A stretch of 63,831 nucleotides of DNA, filler included, from Octopus bimaculoides (GCF_001194135.2; 7 parts of 6 records of this genome joined end to end with filler, not necessarily neighbours in it), one strand, 5' to 3'; positions 13,322 through 25,928 are shown, counted from the first letter of the whole stretch. Translations and numbers: made by a program. Notes: a model not told the origin generated them from the letters alone.

Positions 13322-13687
13322 TATTATTACCCCCGCCTTAGCGAAAGCGGGGGTATTGTTTCAGTCGTGTTTGCTTGTTTGTCCATGGACAAGATATCTC
13401 AAGAACCGCTGGATGGATTCAGATGAAACTTTCAGGGATGTTTGACCTCGTGACTGGCACGAGCTGCTTAGATTTTGGAATCGATCCGGTACCGGGCAAG
13501 GATTCTGGCTTATTTTTCCTGTTTTCTTACTTAATTTTTGATAAACTGTTGGGTTCATTTTTAGTATTCCTGTTTGTAAGAGCAGTTGAGTTTATTTCAG
13601 GTATTCTCATTTTAAAAATCATCTCTGGATAATCGTTGAGAGGACATTGGTGCTGCCTTGGCGGAGCTTTGCGCTCTCTGAGTGCTC

Positions 13688-13692
<5 letters not shown>
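13322..13692 (+). mobile_element. Helentron-associated non-autonomous element (HINE/DINE-1-like)
   Basis: 5' TTATTACCCCCGCCTTAGCGAAAGCGGGGG hairpin; 3' CCTTGGCGGAG subterminal repeat plus terminal stem-loop GCGCTCTCTGAGTGC; inserted in T-rich/(TTA)n sequence. Confidence 0.65.
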
Positions 13693-13774
<82 letters not shown>

Positions 13775-13776
13775 GA

Positions 13777-13935
13777 GGTGGTGAGCTGGCAGAATCGTTA
13801 GCACGCCGGACAAAATACTTAACGGCATTTCTTCTGGCTATTTACGTTCTAAGTTGAAATGCCTCCGAGATCGATTTTGCCTTTCATCTTTTCGGGGTCG
13901 ATAAAATAAGTACCGCTTGAATACTGGGGTCGGTG
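13777..13935 (+). mobile_element. SINE family A, 3' truncated by the following LINE fragment
   Basis: GGTGGTGAGCTGGCAGAATCGTTAGCACGCCGG head and conserved body. Confidence 0.8.
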
Positions 13936-13949
13936 TAGTCGGCTAACTT

Positions 13950-14730
13950 CCTGGGGAAACAACTAAGGTAGTCCAGAAAGCATTTAAGCGGCTGGAAGAC
14001 AAAACCCTCACTGGGAGTGTGGCACACGGTAGGCCCCGATTCGGAAGCTCGACAACAATACGATATGACACGGCTATCATGGAGGAGAGGAGGAGATGAT
14101 GCAGCGGGGTGGGGGGGCAAGCATCAATAGAAGAAGAGGGTGAAAGCAAGCTGTGGTGATGTAGAAAAAAGGGTGCCTGGATGAAGTGGGTGTAGGCGAT
14201 CTGGAAGAATTTCTGGATGTAGGGACCTTCAGAGGTCTGAGTTCTTGATCAGTGGGGATGCGTTTATGACGTCGTTCTTAATCTCTGTAACCCGCTGACA
14301 TAGGGCTCAGTCAACACCCTTGTATGCGCACTGTGTTCTAAGACAGGTATCCTTGAGCATTTCTAACGCAGTCGATCCAAGGCCCTTAACGAGGGTAGGT
14401 ATCGCTGGAGACACGATCAGATCATCGTGACCATCGCTAAGGGCATCAACGACAGCAAAAATGGCAGCACTACCGACAGAAGAATAGCTTTTGGTAAGGA
14501 GAGAGAGAGAGAGAGAGAGGCGGGAGAAAACAACGAAAATAGCCAAGAGCGTCTTGGAGGGGTTACTTTGCACAGTATAAGACTGGGCGATGGAAGCTGA
14601 TCTGGAGAAACAGCTGAAGTCTTCAGTGCAACAAAGAAACCGGTCCATCTGGAGTTAATTGTGCCTTGGCAGGAAAGAATGGGGAAAGCTCAAAGAAAGA
14701 AGAGGAACAACTGCTTGATTGCAAAGCGAG
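13950..14730 (+). mobile_element. R2/Hero (NeSL-like) non-LTR retrotransposon, degraded C-terminal region
   Basis: Across frameshifts and stops: RLEDKTLTGSVAHGR; GAWMKW; VYDV; CALC....LEH (zinc knuckle); LNEGRYRWRHDQII; DWAMEADLEKQLK; LELIVPWQERM..AQRKK. (GA)n insertion at ~14500-14520. Confidence 0.85.
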
Positions 14731-14789
14731 TTTCTTAAAAATACAACCATGCCTGCGCCTATATATGTATACATGTGTGTGTGTGATAT

Positions 14790-14835
<46 letters not shown>

Positions 14836-16226
14836 CACACACGTATATGCACACACACACACACACATATATTATTCAGTACAAATGTTTTGCATGTTTG
14901 TGATCATTTTTTTTTTAATGTCTAAGAATTCTCCCAAAACTGCGCATTTGTCTGGAATCACGCATGTGGATCTTAATCTTTATGTCAATAGGTGATCGGA
15001 ATGGTAAAATTGTGGCTACATGAGATATAGATGAAGTAGAAGAATATATCGATGGTTTGGTTTCAGAATACGTTTCTTTCCATCGAAACTATTTTCTCTT
15101 AAATCAAATTGATTATCAAAATATTATTTCGTGTTTTTGCCATTTTACTGAATTTGCTGTTTCTGTACTCGCCACAGAGAATTACCGAAAAGTGATTAAA
15201 ACGGAAGAAGGAGAAGAAGAAGAGGAGAAAAATAGAGTCCAGATAAGAATGTATTCTGATTTTCAATAACATCATATTTTCCAACACGAAAATTTTTTAA
15301 GAATCTTTTAATCACAAATGTCATGCTATAAGACTTTGGACAAATGCAAAAATGGTAAGTGTAATATTTTTATATTTAATAAGGAGGAGAAAGAGAAGGA
15401 GCGGGAGGAGGGGGAGGAGGAGGAGGAGGAGGAGGAGGTAGAAGAAGAAGAAGAAGAAGAAGAAGAAGAAGAAGAGAAAGGGGAAGGAAGAAGAGGCGGA
15501 GGAGAAGAAAGAGGAGGTGGTGGAGGAAATTATTTTGAAGTAAATATTTGGAAATCCGAATAAATATGTCGAACGAAACACTATGGAGTATTAAGCTACG
15601 TTCATTTATATNNNNNNNNNNCTACGTTCATTTATATTCTACGTTCAAGTAGATACAGGTATGGCTGTGTGGTTCAGAAACTCGCTTTGCAATCACGAAA
15701 TTTCGGGTTCAGCCCCACAGCGCGGCACCTTTGGCAAGTGGTCGATCAATGCCTCGTGAGTGAATTTGATTCACGGAAACTGTGAGGAAGCCCGTTGTGT
15801 ATATGTGTGTGTTTGTCTTTGTATCAGTGTTTGTCACTCGCTACCGCTTGGCAACTGCTGTTAGTTTGTTTACGTCCAGTAAATTTGTTTTGTAATTTTA
15901 ATCTTATTTGAGAAATGAAACAATTGTTGGTTAATATGTTGATTAATTAATAAATTGATTTCTATCCATTAGAGCTCTTTGTTTTCTAACTCAATAAACA
16001 CACACACACACACACACAAACAAACAACCTGGAACTCATTTTCAGTTTTTTTTCTCTTATTCATTTCCTGATATAAAAGCTTCGGGCTACATTTTTACGA
16101 AGACAAAAACATTCACAGGAACAACAATGTGCTTCGGTTATGTTATTGTAACATATATACATACATGCTGCTAAATATTTTATGATTCATTTAGTCGACA
16201 TATGACATGCAAACACATTACACACA

Positions 16227-16272
<46 letters not shown>

Positions 16273-16856
16273 TGTTTTTTAATGGGTTCATACGCCAGTT
16301 TTTTTTATTTATTTACCAGCAGCAAATGTTAGTAGGAAGTTGACTGCAAAAGTTAGTAATTCAGTTTGACTTTGTGCAACAATGCAGCTCACTGCATTCT
16401 TGTATATTGCTGCCTTAATCAGGAAGTCTGAGGGAGAAGATCAGATTCTGATAAACGTGCCATTGTCTACAAAAGAACCACTTTAAATGACATCAGTCGC
16501 TGTTGCTGCATGTGTGTGTGTGTGTGCTAGCGTATCTGTATGCGTGCGTACGTGACTATGCACGTATGTATTTGTATACACACACGCACATCCATTTATT
16601 TATATGCACACACACTCACATATACATACTCACTCATATATACATACACACTCATATATACAAACAGCACACTCATATATACATACACAGATAAACGTAA
16701 TGCAAACCAGTTCTTATTTCTTTTTCTTTTTTCTTTTTTTTTTTTGTCGATGGCGTATAATCTGAAAGAATATCTCTTTTTGATAAACATGCAATTTTCG
16801 CCTAGCTGTGAAAAATAAAGTGCCCACGAGGGCATATAAGAGGATAGTTCACCCAG

Positions 16857-16905
<49 letters not shown>

Positions 16906-17126
16906 CACACACCCGTTGTACACTTGTATTCCTTATATGGCGCACGACAAATGGTAGAAAGTGGAATTATCTCTATACGTAGATATACTTACTGGGGTTG
17001 ACTGCGAACGAACCAGCTTAATCACCGACAAGCAGTCGCGAAGCAAAAACCAGCAGCGTTTACCAGAGAGCCACGGCCCAAAGCTTAGCACTGCTTCATC
17101 TATAAAAAGTTGCAGATGCTATAGAC

Positions 17127-17419
17127 GATAGGTTCCCAAAGTAGGTGCCACCGCTCCACGGTGGGCGTTGAGACGGTCCAGGTGGGCGCTGGTGCCGAAG
17201 GGGGAGGCGTCGGGAGAAAGGCAGTGAATTGGGGGACGCTATGAATCTATTACAATATTATCATAGTATTGTATACAAATTATATAATATTGTATTAAAT
17301 ATCAAAGGATTCATAGTATATATAAATTAGTAAAATATAAAATATTTATTCATGCATAAAAACAGGAGTATTATGTGGCCATGAGCGGTGCGGTGTCCCA
17401 AAAAGTTTGAGAACCTCTG
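17127..17419. mobile_element. hAT (Charlie-like) MITE, 293 bp
   Basis: Perfect 8-bp TSD CTATAGAC at 17119-17126 and 17420-17427. Termini GATAGGTTCCCAAA ... TTTGAGAACCTCTG (11/14 inverted). Confidence 0.8.
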
Positions 17420-18119
17420 CTATAGACAAATGCCGGTATATCAAATACCATACGGCGTAAATTCTTGATTTATTAAAACTGTCTCCATCTCTACAGGATG
17501 TATCTTAATTACTGAATGACAATTAAGTCCAGTTTCATTTGAGAAGGGGAAATAATTTCAAGACACGAGAAATCTCCAAAGTTGACATGGCATTAAAGAG
17601 AAAGACAGGATTATTGTATGGAGATAAGAGGAATGTCGTAGACGCGTGTTTCTGACTCAGTAATCCTCATCAGCAGGAAACATTTCCGACCTTATATCCA
17701 GAAGACAATAAACTTACACTTATACTGAAAAGAATAGAACACATTCATGGCTTTGGTAATTTTGCATAACTTAAACAAAAATGAGAGAAGAAAAATAATT
17801 TAGAGTAACCAGCGCCATGCATTTGAATAATTGTTATCTCTGCGATAACGAAAGTAAAGGTCACCTTCAAAAGATTTGCTTTTTATCTACAGGTTAAGTA
17901 GATTCTGTCCTCACTCCTTCCAGTCAACACATTTTCGATGTCCTGCAGTCGTGCTGCCTAACGGGATCTTTAACTGATCACGATTCCATGAATACCGATA
18001 TTAGGAATGAAGGACAGCGTGCATTACAAGGAAGCTTGCTTGTTTCTGCTACTACGAGAAGGAAAATCTTTTCTGATTACGAAGTAGAAAGATAGATAGA
18101 TAGAGAGAGGGGGGGAGAG

Positions 18120-18153
<34 letters not shown>

Positions 18154-18583
18154 TATACAGGTGCATATATACATGTATGTATGTATGTATGTATGTATGT
18201 ATGTCACGCGTATAGGCAAACACCAATATTTTCTTTGTCCCGCTACGTGATGTACTCGTAGATTCTGATAAGACAATCTTCGTATATTCATGTCAAGATT
18301 CACTGAGACACTCTTCCTTAGACTGCAGAAATTGTCTAATGCAGGGTGCGTATTCTTCAACAATTACAGGACCGAAATAAATTCGTTAAAGCTGCAACAT
18401 TCCTCTTGCCTTTCGACATTCTTTCATACTCTCTTCCAACTGGCAGTTAATAATTCTCCCGTTTATTTGCTTTTGTGAATTAGATTTCATGACTACAATA
18501 AAACCAGATCCTGTTTGTAATCCAAACTTACGATGCACTTTTACTGCTGTCACAAACCCATTAGAAACAGCTATAAATTTTAA

Positions 18584-18676
<93 letters not shown>

Positions 18677-18882
18677 CAGTAGTTTTATTTTTATAACGTG
18701 CTTTCACTTCACTACCGAGCGCAGCTCTGTGCGCCTTGGGTATGTGCTGTGGTTTGCTGTGGTGCTCTTATGTTTACTGTATTGAAAGTGTTTTGCGTAG
18801 GATGTGTGCAGTGCCCAGTAGTGCAATTTTCTGTATGTTATATATATTTGTAAGTCCTGGTGTTTTTGTTATGTATTTGTCT
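18677..18882 (-). mobile_element. R4/Dong-type retrotransposon 3' end, uninterrupted reading frame
   Basis: DKYITKTPGLTNIYNIQKIALLGTAHILRKTLSIQ*, short UTR, (AAC)n(AAT)n on both flanks. Confidence 0.8.
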
Positions 18883-18889
18883 GTTGTTG

Positions 18890-18938
<49 letters not shown>

Positions 18939-19609
18939 NNNNNNNNNNNNNNNNNNNNNNNNNNNNNNNNNNNNNNNNNNNNNNNNNNNNNNNNNNNNNN
19001 NNNNNNNNNNNNNNNNNNNNNNNNNNNNNNNNNNNNNNNNNNNNNNNNNNNNNNNNNNNNNNNNNNNNNNNNNNNNNNNNNNNNNNCGGGTTCGATAAAT
19101 TAAGTATCAGTTACGCCCCGGGGTCGATGTGATCTACTAATCCCTTCCCACAAAATTTCGGGCCTTGTGCCTATAGTAGGAAGGATTTGTGACGTCGTAA
19201 GAATTTAGGAACTCCGAGAGAACGCGAAATAATTCTTTTTTCTTTTTTTTTGGGGGGGGGACAGTGACACTCGAAAGAGATAAAACTATAGATAATAGCT
19301 TATAAATACCGGGTTAAGAAAACCCATTGGACAGAAAGAAAAAAAACGAAGGCCGCTTATTACATATAGCTTTATCTGCTTCGAGTTTCATTGCTCCAAC
19401 AATGAATTATTATTATTATTATTATTATCATTATTACTATTATTATTATTCCAAAACTATTACATGCTATATTAGTCAGGAGGAATGTTACCCTGAAGTT
19501 TGATGACAGGTCACCGCAAATCTCAGGAATGTTTTCTTAGGATTCTTGCTGAATGTAGGATTGTACTTTTCACATTTATTATTATTATCATTATTATTAT
19601 TATTATTAT

Positions 19610-19660
<51 letters not shown>

Positions 19661-20989
19661 CAGTAGTAGTAGTAGATGAAAGTGATTAATATTCTTTTCG
19701 TTTGATCATTTCCCTTTTTCAACTTGTTTACTTTTTAGATTCCCCACTTTTGCATTATTTCTGAATGAATCGAAGCCATCTGTGTCTCGTCTGGTCTTAT
19801 ATATACAACGATTCTTTCCCAGCCAAAGCATCGCATCCATCCAGTATGACCTCTCTTTTTTGGGAGAAGACATTAGATTGATTTGAAGGAGAGTTATTTG
19901 CTATTTCTAGCTGATCGAGTGACCACTTGTAGGAGCGTTTCACTTGTTTCGTTGTTCCAGTTGTTGTTGCTGTCATAGTCAATGTAGTCGTTGAGTTGGC
20001 TAAATCGATGTTGATTCTAGGATCCTTTCATACTTGTTGGATGTTGTTGAGGATGATAAACTGAAAACTTTTACGTGACTCAGCCATAATGGCTGATTTC
20101 TTCATAAAGTATAAAGCTGTCATTGAGTGCTTGATACTCTTCTAAATGTATTTTACTGAGCGAGTAACTTAAAAACCACATTTTGATTGGAAAATATTAA
20201 AATTGGAATTTATAAGAATTTTCTGAACGGTGTGGAAAGGCGTGGCTGTAATTAATACGTCTTCTCACGTAGAAATTTGTTATATATAATGAGCATTAAA
20301 TAAGATAAATTTCTGAGTCGTAAGGAGAGGTTAGTACTAACATTTCAAGCATAACTAAAGCAGCGCGTTGGCGGAATCGTTACTGCACCGGGTAAAATGC
20401 TTAGCAGTATTTCACCCGTCTTTGCGTTTTGAGTTCAAATTCTACCGAAGTCGACTTTGCCTGATAATTATTAAGGAAGAATCTTTAATAAGTATCAGTC
20501 GAGCACTGAGGTCGATATAATTAATCTGCCTTTTCCTCTTAATTATTTTTAGCCTTGTACCAAAATTTGGAACCAATATTTCAGGCATAACTTTTCTTCG
20601 AATGAAGAAGAAAGAATTTATTGAGGCCCATCATTTCCAGTTTCTTCGGATATTTGTCGTTCGAGCTTTTGTTGTTTTACTATTTAACGGACAGTCGTCC
20701 TTTCAATATGCAATTATCACAAACTTCTAACGTCTTCCCCTTTTTATTTGTTATCTAAACACCATTACCATGACTGTTACTCGCAAGCGGGTATGATGCC
20801 TTCCGCTAACTGTTCCTGGCCCCTATGTAGCTGTGAGCAAACAGAGGCGGCCTCTTGGTCCCGCTACCTTTACCCTACGTAAATTCGAGAATGTAACGTC
20901 TAGAGGCATACAAGGTTGCATCAGCATTCAGGAACTGAACTCACTACTTTATACCCGTGATCCCAATGCTCTAACCATTAAGCTACCCT

Positions 20990-21300
20990 CTCTCACACAC
21001 TTAAGCACTATCTAAGCATTCTCATTTACAATGTTAATCTTCTGTCGGCGTTTATCCTGTTTTACTACATGATGTAATCTCTGCCATTATATCCTAGATT
21101 TACAAGTCTTTCAATTTCATTCCAAGAATCATGCATTTTATTCTCTTCTTACTTTCTCTTTTCCAGGTCTCCACAAATGGGTTTTTCTTCGATTCAGTCT
21201 TCCTCTCTTAGAAGCAATACGCCACACAATGCCTCCGCGACAGACTCTTAGCCTGCCAGAGTATTGACAGGTTTATGGCATGTTACATCGAGGCTTAACT
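20990..21300 (-). mobile_element. Highly degraded RTE-like LINE fragment
   Basis: Weak remnants such as WQAKSLS...VETWKRE...ILGMKL; heavily interrupted. Confidence 0.35.
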
Positions 21301-21419
21301 CAATACAATTCAGGATTTAGAAATCCTTTTGAAGTATTTTTTTAATACAAAAGACAAAAAAAAAACAAAAAAACTCATTGAGACAAATGTAGGTCACGAG
21401 GTTACAATGTTACGAGTCT

Positions 21420-21600
21420 GCGAGGGATGTATTCACGTGGTCGCTCGGTCTGTTAAAAATAGTGACCAAAACCCCTTTAAATCACATCCAGGAGTCTTAC
21501 AAAATAAAGGTTCCCAGGTCTAGAACAAACGAAGGATGTCTTTACGTGGTCACTCGGTCTGCTAAAAGTAGCAACTAAATCCCCTTTAAATCACACTCAG
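21420..21600 (-). repeat. Two tandem copies of an unclassified interspersed repeat (core GATTTGGCTGCTATTTCTAGCAG.TCGAGCGACC)
   Basis: ~110-bp direct repeat; the same core recurs at ~3095, 19880, 22660, 34470, 47705, 62660, 62955 and 63185. Confidence 0.6.
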
Positions 21601-21876
21601 GCATCTTATAAAAGACAGACAGTGGAAAATCTGATATTGGGTGCACTGTGCCTTGAAAAAAGTCGATATAATCACGATTGGACGTCTTTGACCATTTTGA
21701 CAATCGGTCAGTTGAATCAGGCTTGATACGGGTCAGAACAACGAAAACTATTGAGCTATTATCTTCCCATGATGCAGGATGTGGTGATCAAAGCAACCTG
21801 AAATACAACAGGTGGGAAAAGAGATCGGAGGAACAGGTAAGAAAAGTAAATAAGGAGGAGAGAGAGAGAGGCAGAA

Positions 21877-21907
<31 letters not shown>

Positions 21908-22101
21908 CAGAAGAGAGGAGGAGCGAGAGGAAGCTAGAGACAGACAGACAGAGGGAGAGAGGATTCGGGACAGGGAGAGAAAAATCAGTTGAATAAGATA
22001 CGTTTACATGAGGTGGAGTGAGAGGGAGCATATGTACAGAAAGGGAGGAGCAATATTTATGTGTGTGTGTATGTGTATGTGTGCGTGTGTATATGCGTAT
22101 T

Positions 22102-22146
<45 letters not shown>

Positions 22147-22355
22147 GTCTGCGTATGTAAATACGTATGTATGTATGTATGGGTTTGTATGTGTTTGTAT
22201 GTATGTGTGCATATATATATGTATATGTATACATATATATCATCATATTATGTATATACATATGATATGATATGATATGATATATATGTATGTATGTATA
22301 TTATATGTATATTTGATAGGGGAAGAGATTGTAGGTGTGAATTTGAAGGGAGAAA

Positions 22356-22391
<36 letters not shown>

Positions 22392-23202
22392 AACGGTGAG
22401 CAAGAAGGAAAAGAGGAAAGAGGGGAAGGAGAGATGATGAAACGTGATGTAGTGAATGTTATTATCTAAATTGATAAGATGAAGTTTGGTTGTCTGTAAT
22501 CTGATGGTCAATATTGGTTGAAGAATTGTGAGAAGTGTTTTAAAAGTTCGTGGTGTGTCAGAGGAGTTCAGAAGGTTCAGTAGAGAATCTACCTCGACCG
22601 TCACGACACCCTCTGGAACTACAAACAAGAGGACGACCCACGACGAAGACGTTCAATTAGCTGGAAATAGCAACCGAAAAATCTCCAAATCATGTTTCAG
22701 TAAATGGGGGTTACATACGTACCAGCCGTCAGGAATGTGTTTGATATGTAAAATTGGTCAATCCAATAATGTTACACTGCTATATTTAGTAGCTATTGAA
22801 GCAATAATGTTCGTAGATGGTTAATGGGTTGGGTGTGACGCTGAAAGAGGAGCAATGATACCTGAATGTGCATGTACACCTTTCACCTATTTTTCCAACT
22901 TCGATCGCATTATTGTTTACATTAGACGGTATTTGGGTACGAAACATCGCAACAGATCAGTTCTGTAGAAAATCTGGAGAGATAACCGTAATATATAAAA
23001 GTGACCGTTGGTCTTGCACCTATAAAGCGCTCAACCGTATGGCCGACTCGTCAGACTCAAATGGGTGAAGGCGCATAACCTCTCTACAACCGGAGGAAGA
23101 ACTACGTCACGATATGAAACTACGGACGATATTATATGTGTATGCGTGTGTTTGTGTATGCGTGTGTGTGTTTGCGTGGGAGTGTATGTGTGTGTGTATT
23201 AT

Positions 23203-23375
23203 AGGCGCAGGCGTGGTTGTGTGGTAAGAAAAGAAGTTTGCATCCCAATCACATGGTTTCAGGTTCAATCCTACTGTGTGGCACTTTGGACAAGTGTCTT
23301 CTACTATAGCCTCGGGCCGACCAAAGCCTTGTGAATGGATTTGGTAGACGGAAACTCAAAGAAAATCGTCGTATA
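23203..23375 (+). mobile_element. SINE family B, 5' half
   Basis: GGCGCAGGCGTGGTTGTGTGGTAAG head and CORE-like segment. Confidence 0.8.
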
Positions 23376-23380
23376 TATAT

Positions 23381-23417
<37 letters not shown>

Positions 23418-24057
23418 AAATAATTTTAAACCTGCTAAAATAATATACAAAGTGGTTTATACGATCGGAAATATAATTTTGAAGTGTTCATGGTGTCATA
23501 TTGAGGATCTGATCAACGACTTTGCAATTAAAAGGATGTAGGAGAAAACTTTTTCAAATCTAAATAAAATGGAAGTATGCAAAAATAAACATTATTTTCC
23601 ATCTTACTGTATGGTTTATCATTGTTTATATTTTGAATTACATATATATATAGGGGTACCAAAATCTATTAAGTGCTTATGACCTCGATGGGTCTTAATC
23701 TTGCCCTGCACATATAAATATAATTTAACCACATATGGTCTGTATTCAAATTCTATAGTAGTAGTCATGTCTTACCAAATCTAAACAACCAGATGATTGA
23801 TGGTGGATCTTCACTAACATATAAACAGCCTGGTTGTGATAGAACACGTCTGGTTCAAACTACATAACGGGGTTTATGAGTCACTTCGTGAGTTTCAGAT
23901 TGTTTCGATATCGGTGTTGTTTTAAAGCAAGACCCGTGTTTACAAAGTGTTTCGTCACCTGTGACGAAACACTTTCTAATGAATATTAAATATAATATTA
24001 AATATGTGTATTCAATATATTTTCTTTGTTTATTATTTGATAAATGTATCGTTGCTA

Positions 24058-24255
24058 TTATACAAAAATGTCGTAAGTCGAAAACGTTGCTTTTTCAGAA
24101 AACGAAAAAATAGTTTCACCATTCCATAGCGAAAACGTTGTACTACACTCTTCGACAGTTTTTGATATCTTGGCATCTGAAGCAGCTGGAGATACGATAG
24201 TTTCACCGAAAGAACCGGCTATTGCAAGCAAAAATAAATATTGAAGAAAACGCAT
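24058..24255 (-). CDS. Candidate 65-aa secreted peptide (unverified)
   Basis: ATG-to-TAA ORF in non-microsatellite sequence. N-terminus MRFLQYLFLLAIAGSFG has a basic residue, hydrophobic core and small -3/-1 residues. No family recognised. Confidence 0.3.
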   Translation of the reverse strand: MRFLQYLFLLAIAGSFGETIVSPAASDAKISKTVEECSTTFSLWNGETIFSFSEKATFSTYDIFV

Positions 24256-24294
24256 TTGGCCAAATTTGGAAATACGAGTTTAACATAATAGCAA

Positions 24295-24332
<38 letters not shown>

Positions 24333-24997
24333 GACGGGCTTCCTTCTGTTTTCGTTTGCCTAATCCACTTATAAGGTGCCACGCAGTGGAACCGAATCCG
24401 GAAGCATGTGGTTGAGAGGCATGTGGCCTTCGACCGTTGATCTAGTGACGTTGATGGTTTTAAAGTTCTTGAACCTATACAAGGTGAACACCAATGAGGA
24501 ACACATCGGCAGAGGGAGAATTCTTGAAGGTCTGAGTTCTTGGGAAAAAGGTCTGCCGGTCCGAGAGGTTGGACAAAACAAAGCCTCATGAGGGAATCAA
24601 GCGTTGTTCTAGTAATTCGATTGTCGAGATTTCGAGCACAAAACTCGCTAATTATTATTTTTATAGGCGCAGGCATAGCTGTACGGTTATGAAGTTCGCT
24701 TTACACCAAATGATTTCAAGTTCAGTCCCACTGCGTGGTATCTTGGGAAATGTCCTCTACTATAGCCGCCGGCTGACCGATAACTTGTGGGTGAATTTCG
24801 TACACGGAAACTGTGCTAGTGTAAGTATATTTGTATATATATATATACATGTACACGCACACACATACACGCACGCACACACACACACATACACACACAC
24901 ATATATATGTATGTATATATGTATGTATGTAATATGTTAAATAAAATAAAATAACAAGGCCAAGGCAATTCCTAGGACATTTATAAATAGAAATGTG

Positions 24998-25045
24998 GTC
25001 TTACAGCTGTTTCAGGGAAATAAATGATATCCCATCATCAGAGAC
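24998..25045 (-). ncRNA. Minimal type I hammerhead ribozyme motif (Penelope/dimer type)
   Basis: GUCU-CUGAUGA-U-GGGA..UCCC-U-GAA-ACAGCUGU-A-AGAC. Stem I 4 bp, core intact, palindromic stem III, UA cleavage site; base of stem II is a U.U mismatch. Confidence 0.65.
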
Positions 25046-25293
25046 GAGTTAAGAGAGCTTCAATAGAAGGAATTAGTAGAGTTCATTCGTTTAAAAGCTA
25101 TTCTGGAGAGGGAGAGACATGCAAGAAATTAGATATTATGCAGAAAGTATAAAAGGAAAAGATGAAAATAAAAATACATGTTATGTATATTATATACATA
25201 CATACATACATACATACATACAAACACTCAATATTGTAATATTTTTCATTGTTTTATGAGCATCTAGTATTAAGTTAAAAATTACTGGTATTA

Positions 25294-25357
<64 letters not shown>

Positions 25358-25928
25358 ACTTAAATGAAATATTTCGATTGTAATTCTTCCTAAACGAAAT
25401 ACGAGGAACATAAAATAGATATCCAGGTCGTTTGACAGAGTCGTAAGTAAATGGCGGTGGGGGTTTAATTCTACACCATTAAACTAAGTCTTCACAACTC
25501 GTCTCTGCTTTCATACGTCTCATACTATACAAACGCCATGAAAATCTATATTTCCTCTCTGACTGTTTTAAACAAAAATAATAATTCCCAAGTTTTTCGC
25601 TGCGTTTTATTACCTTAACTAATTCCTAAACATTGTTTCGTCTATATATAATATACAATATTAGTCTGTTGCAAGTCATTACGCGGCTTTCCATAACTCA
25701 TTTTTTAATCTATGATTGTGATTTTTTTTGGCAGAGGACTTTGTGAAGAATTATTTCTTACAAGAAGCGTGTCTTCGTAGCGAAATATATTTCTCTTGAG
25801 ACTTCAATTTCTGTCTTCACCTCAAACGTATTATGTAGGCCTAAAATATATTTTATGGTGTACTTGCAACTTCCGTCGTCTAGTTTTCTCGTCAATTAAA
25901 AGTTTTCTTCAACCACAACCGCCCCCGT

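Noticed and set aside
17640-17680. CUGAUGA...GAAAC-ACGC-GUC on the minus strand
   Set aside because: Stem II is offset by a G.A pair and stem I has only two pairs. No Penelope-like context, so probably chance, though cheap to include in a motif scan.
19797-19982. Thr-rich ORF with KR sites (neuropeptide-like)
   Set aside because: Overlaps the GATTTGGCTGCTATTTC repeat; no ATG, signal peptide or convincing acceptor in frame.
21166-21290. Strong polypyrimidine-AG acceptor on the plus strand
   Set aside because: All frames close quickly, and the tract is the antisense of a purine-rich decayed LINE segment.
22528-22824. ~100-codon ORFs on both strands in apparently unique sequence
   Set aside because: No ATG, no recognisable domain, overlaps the same interspersed repeat core; insufficient support.
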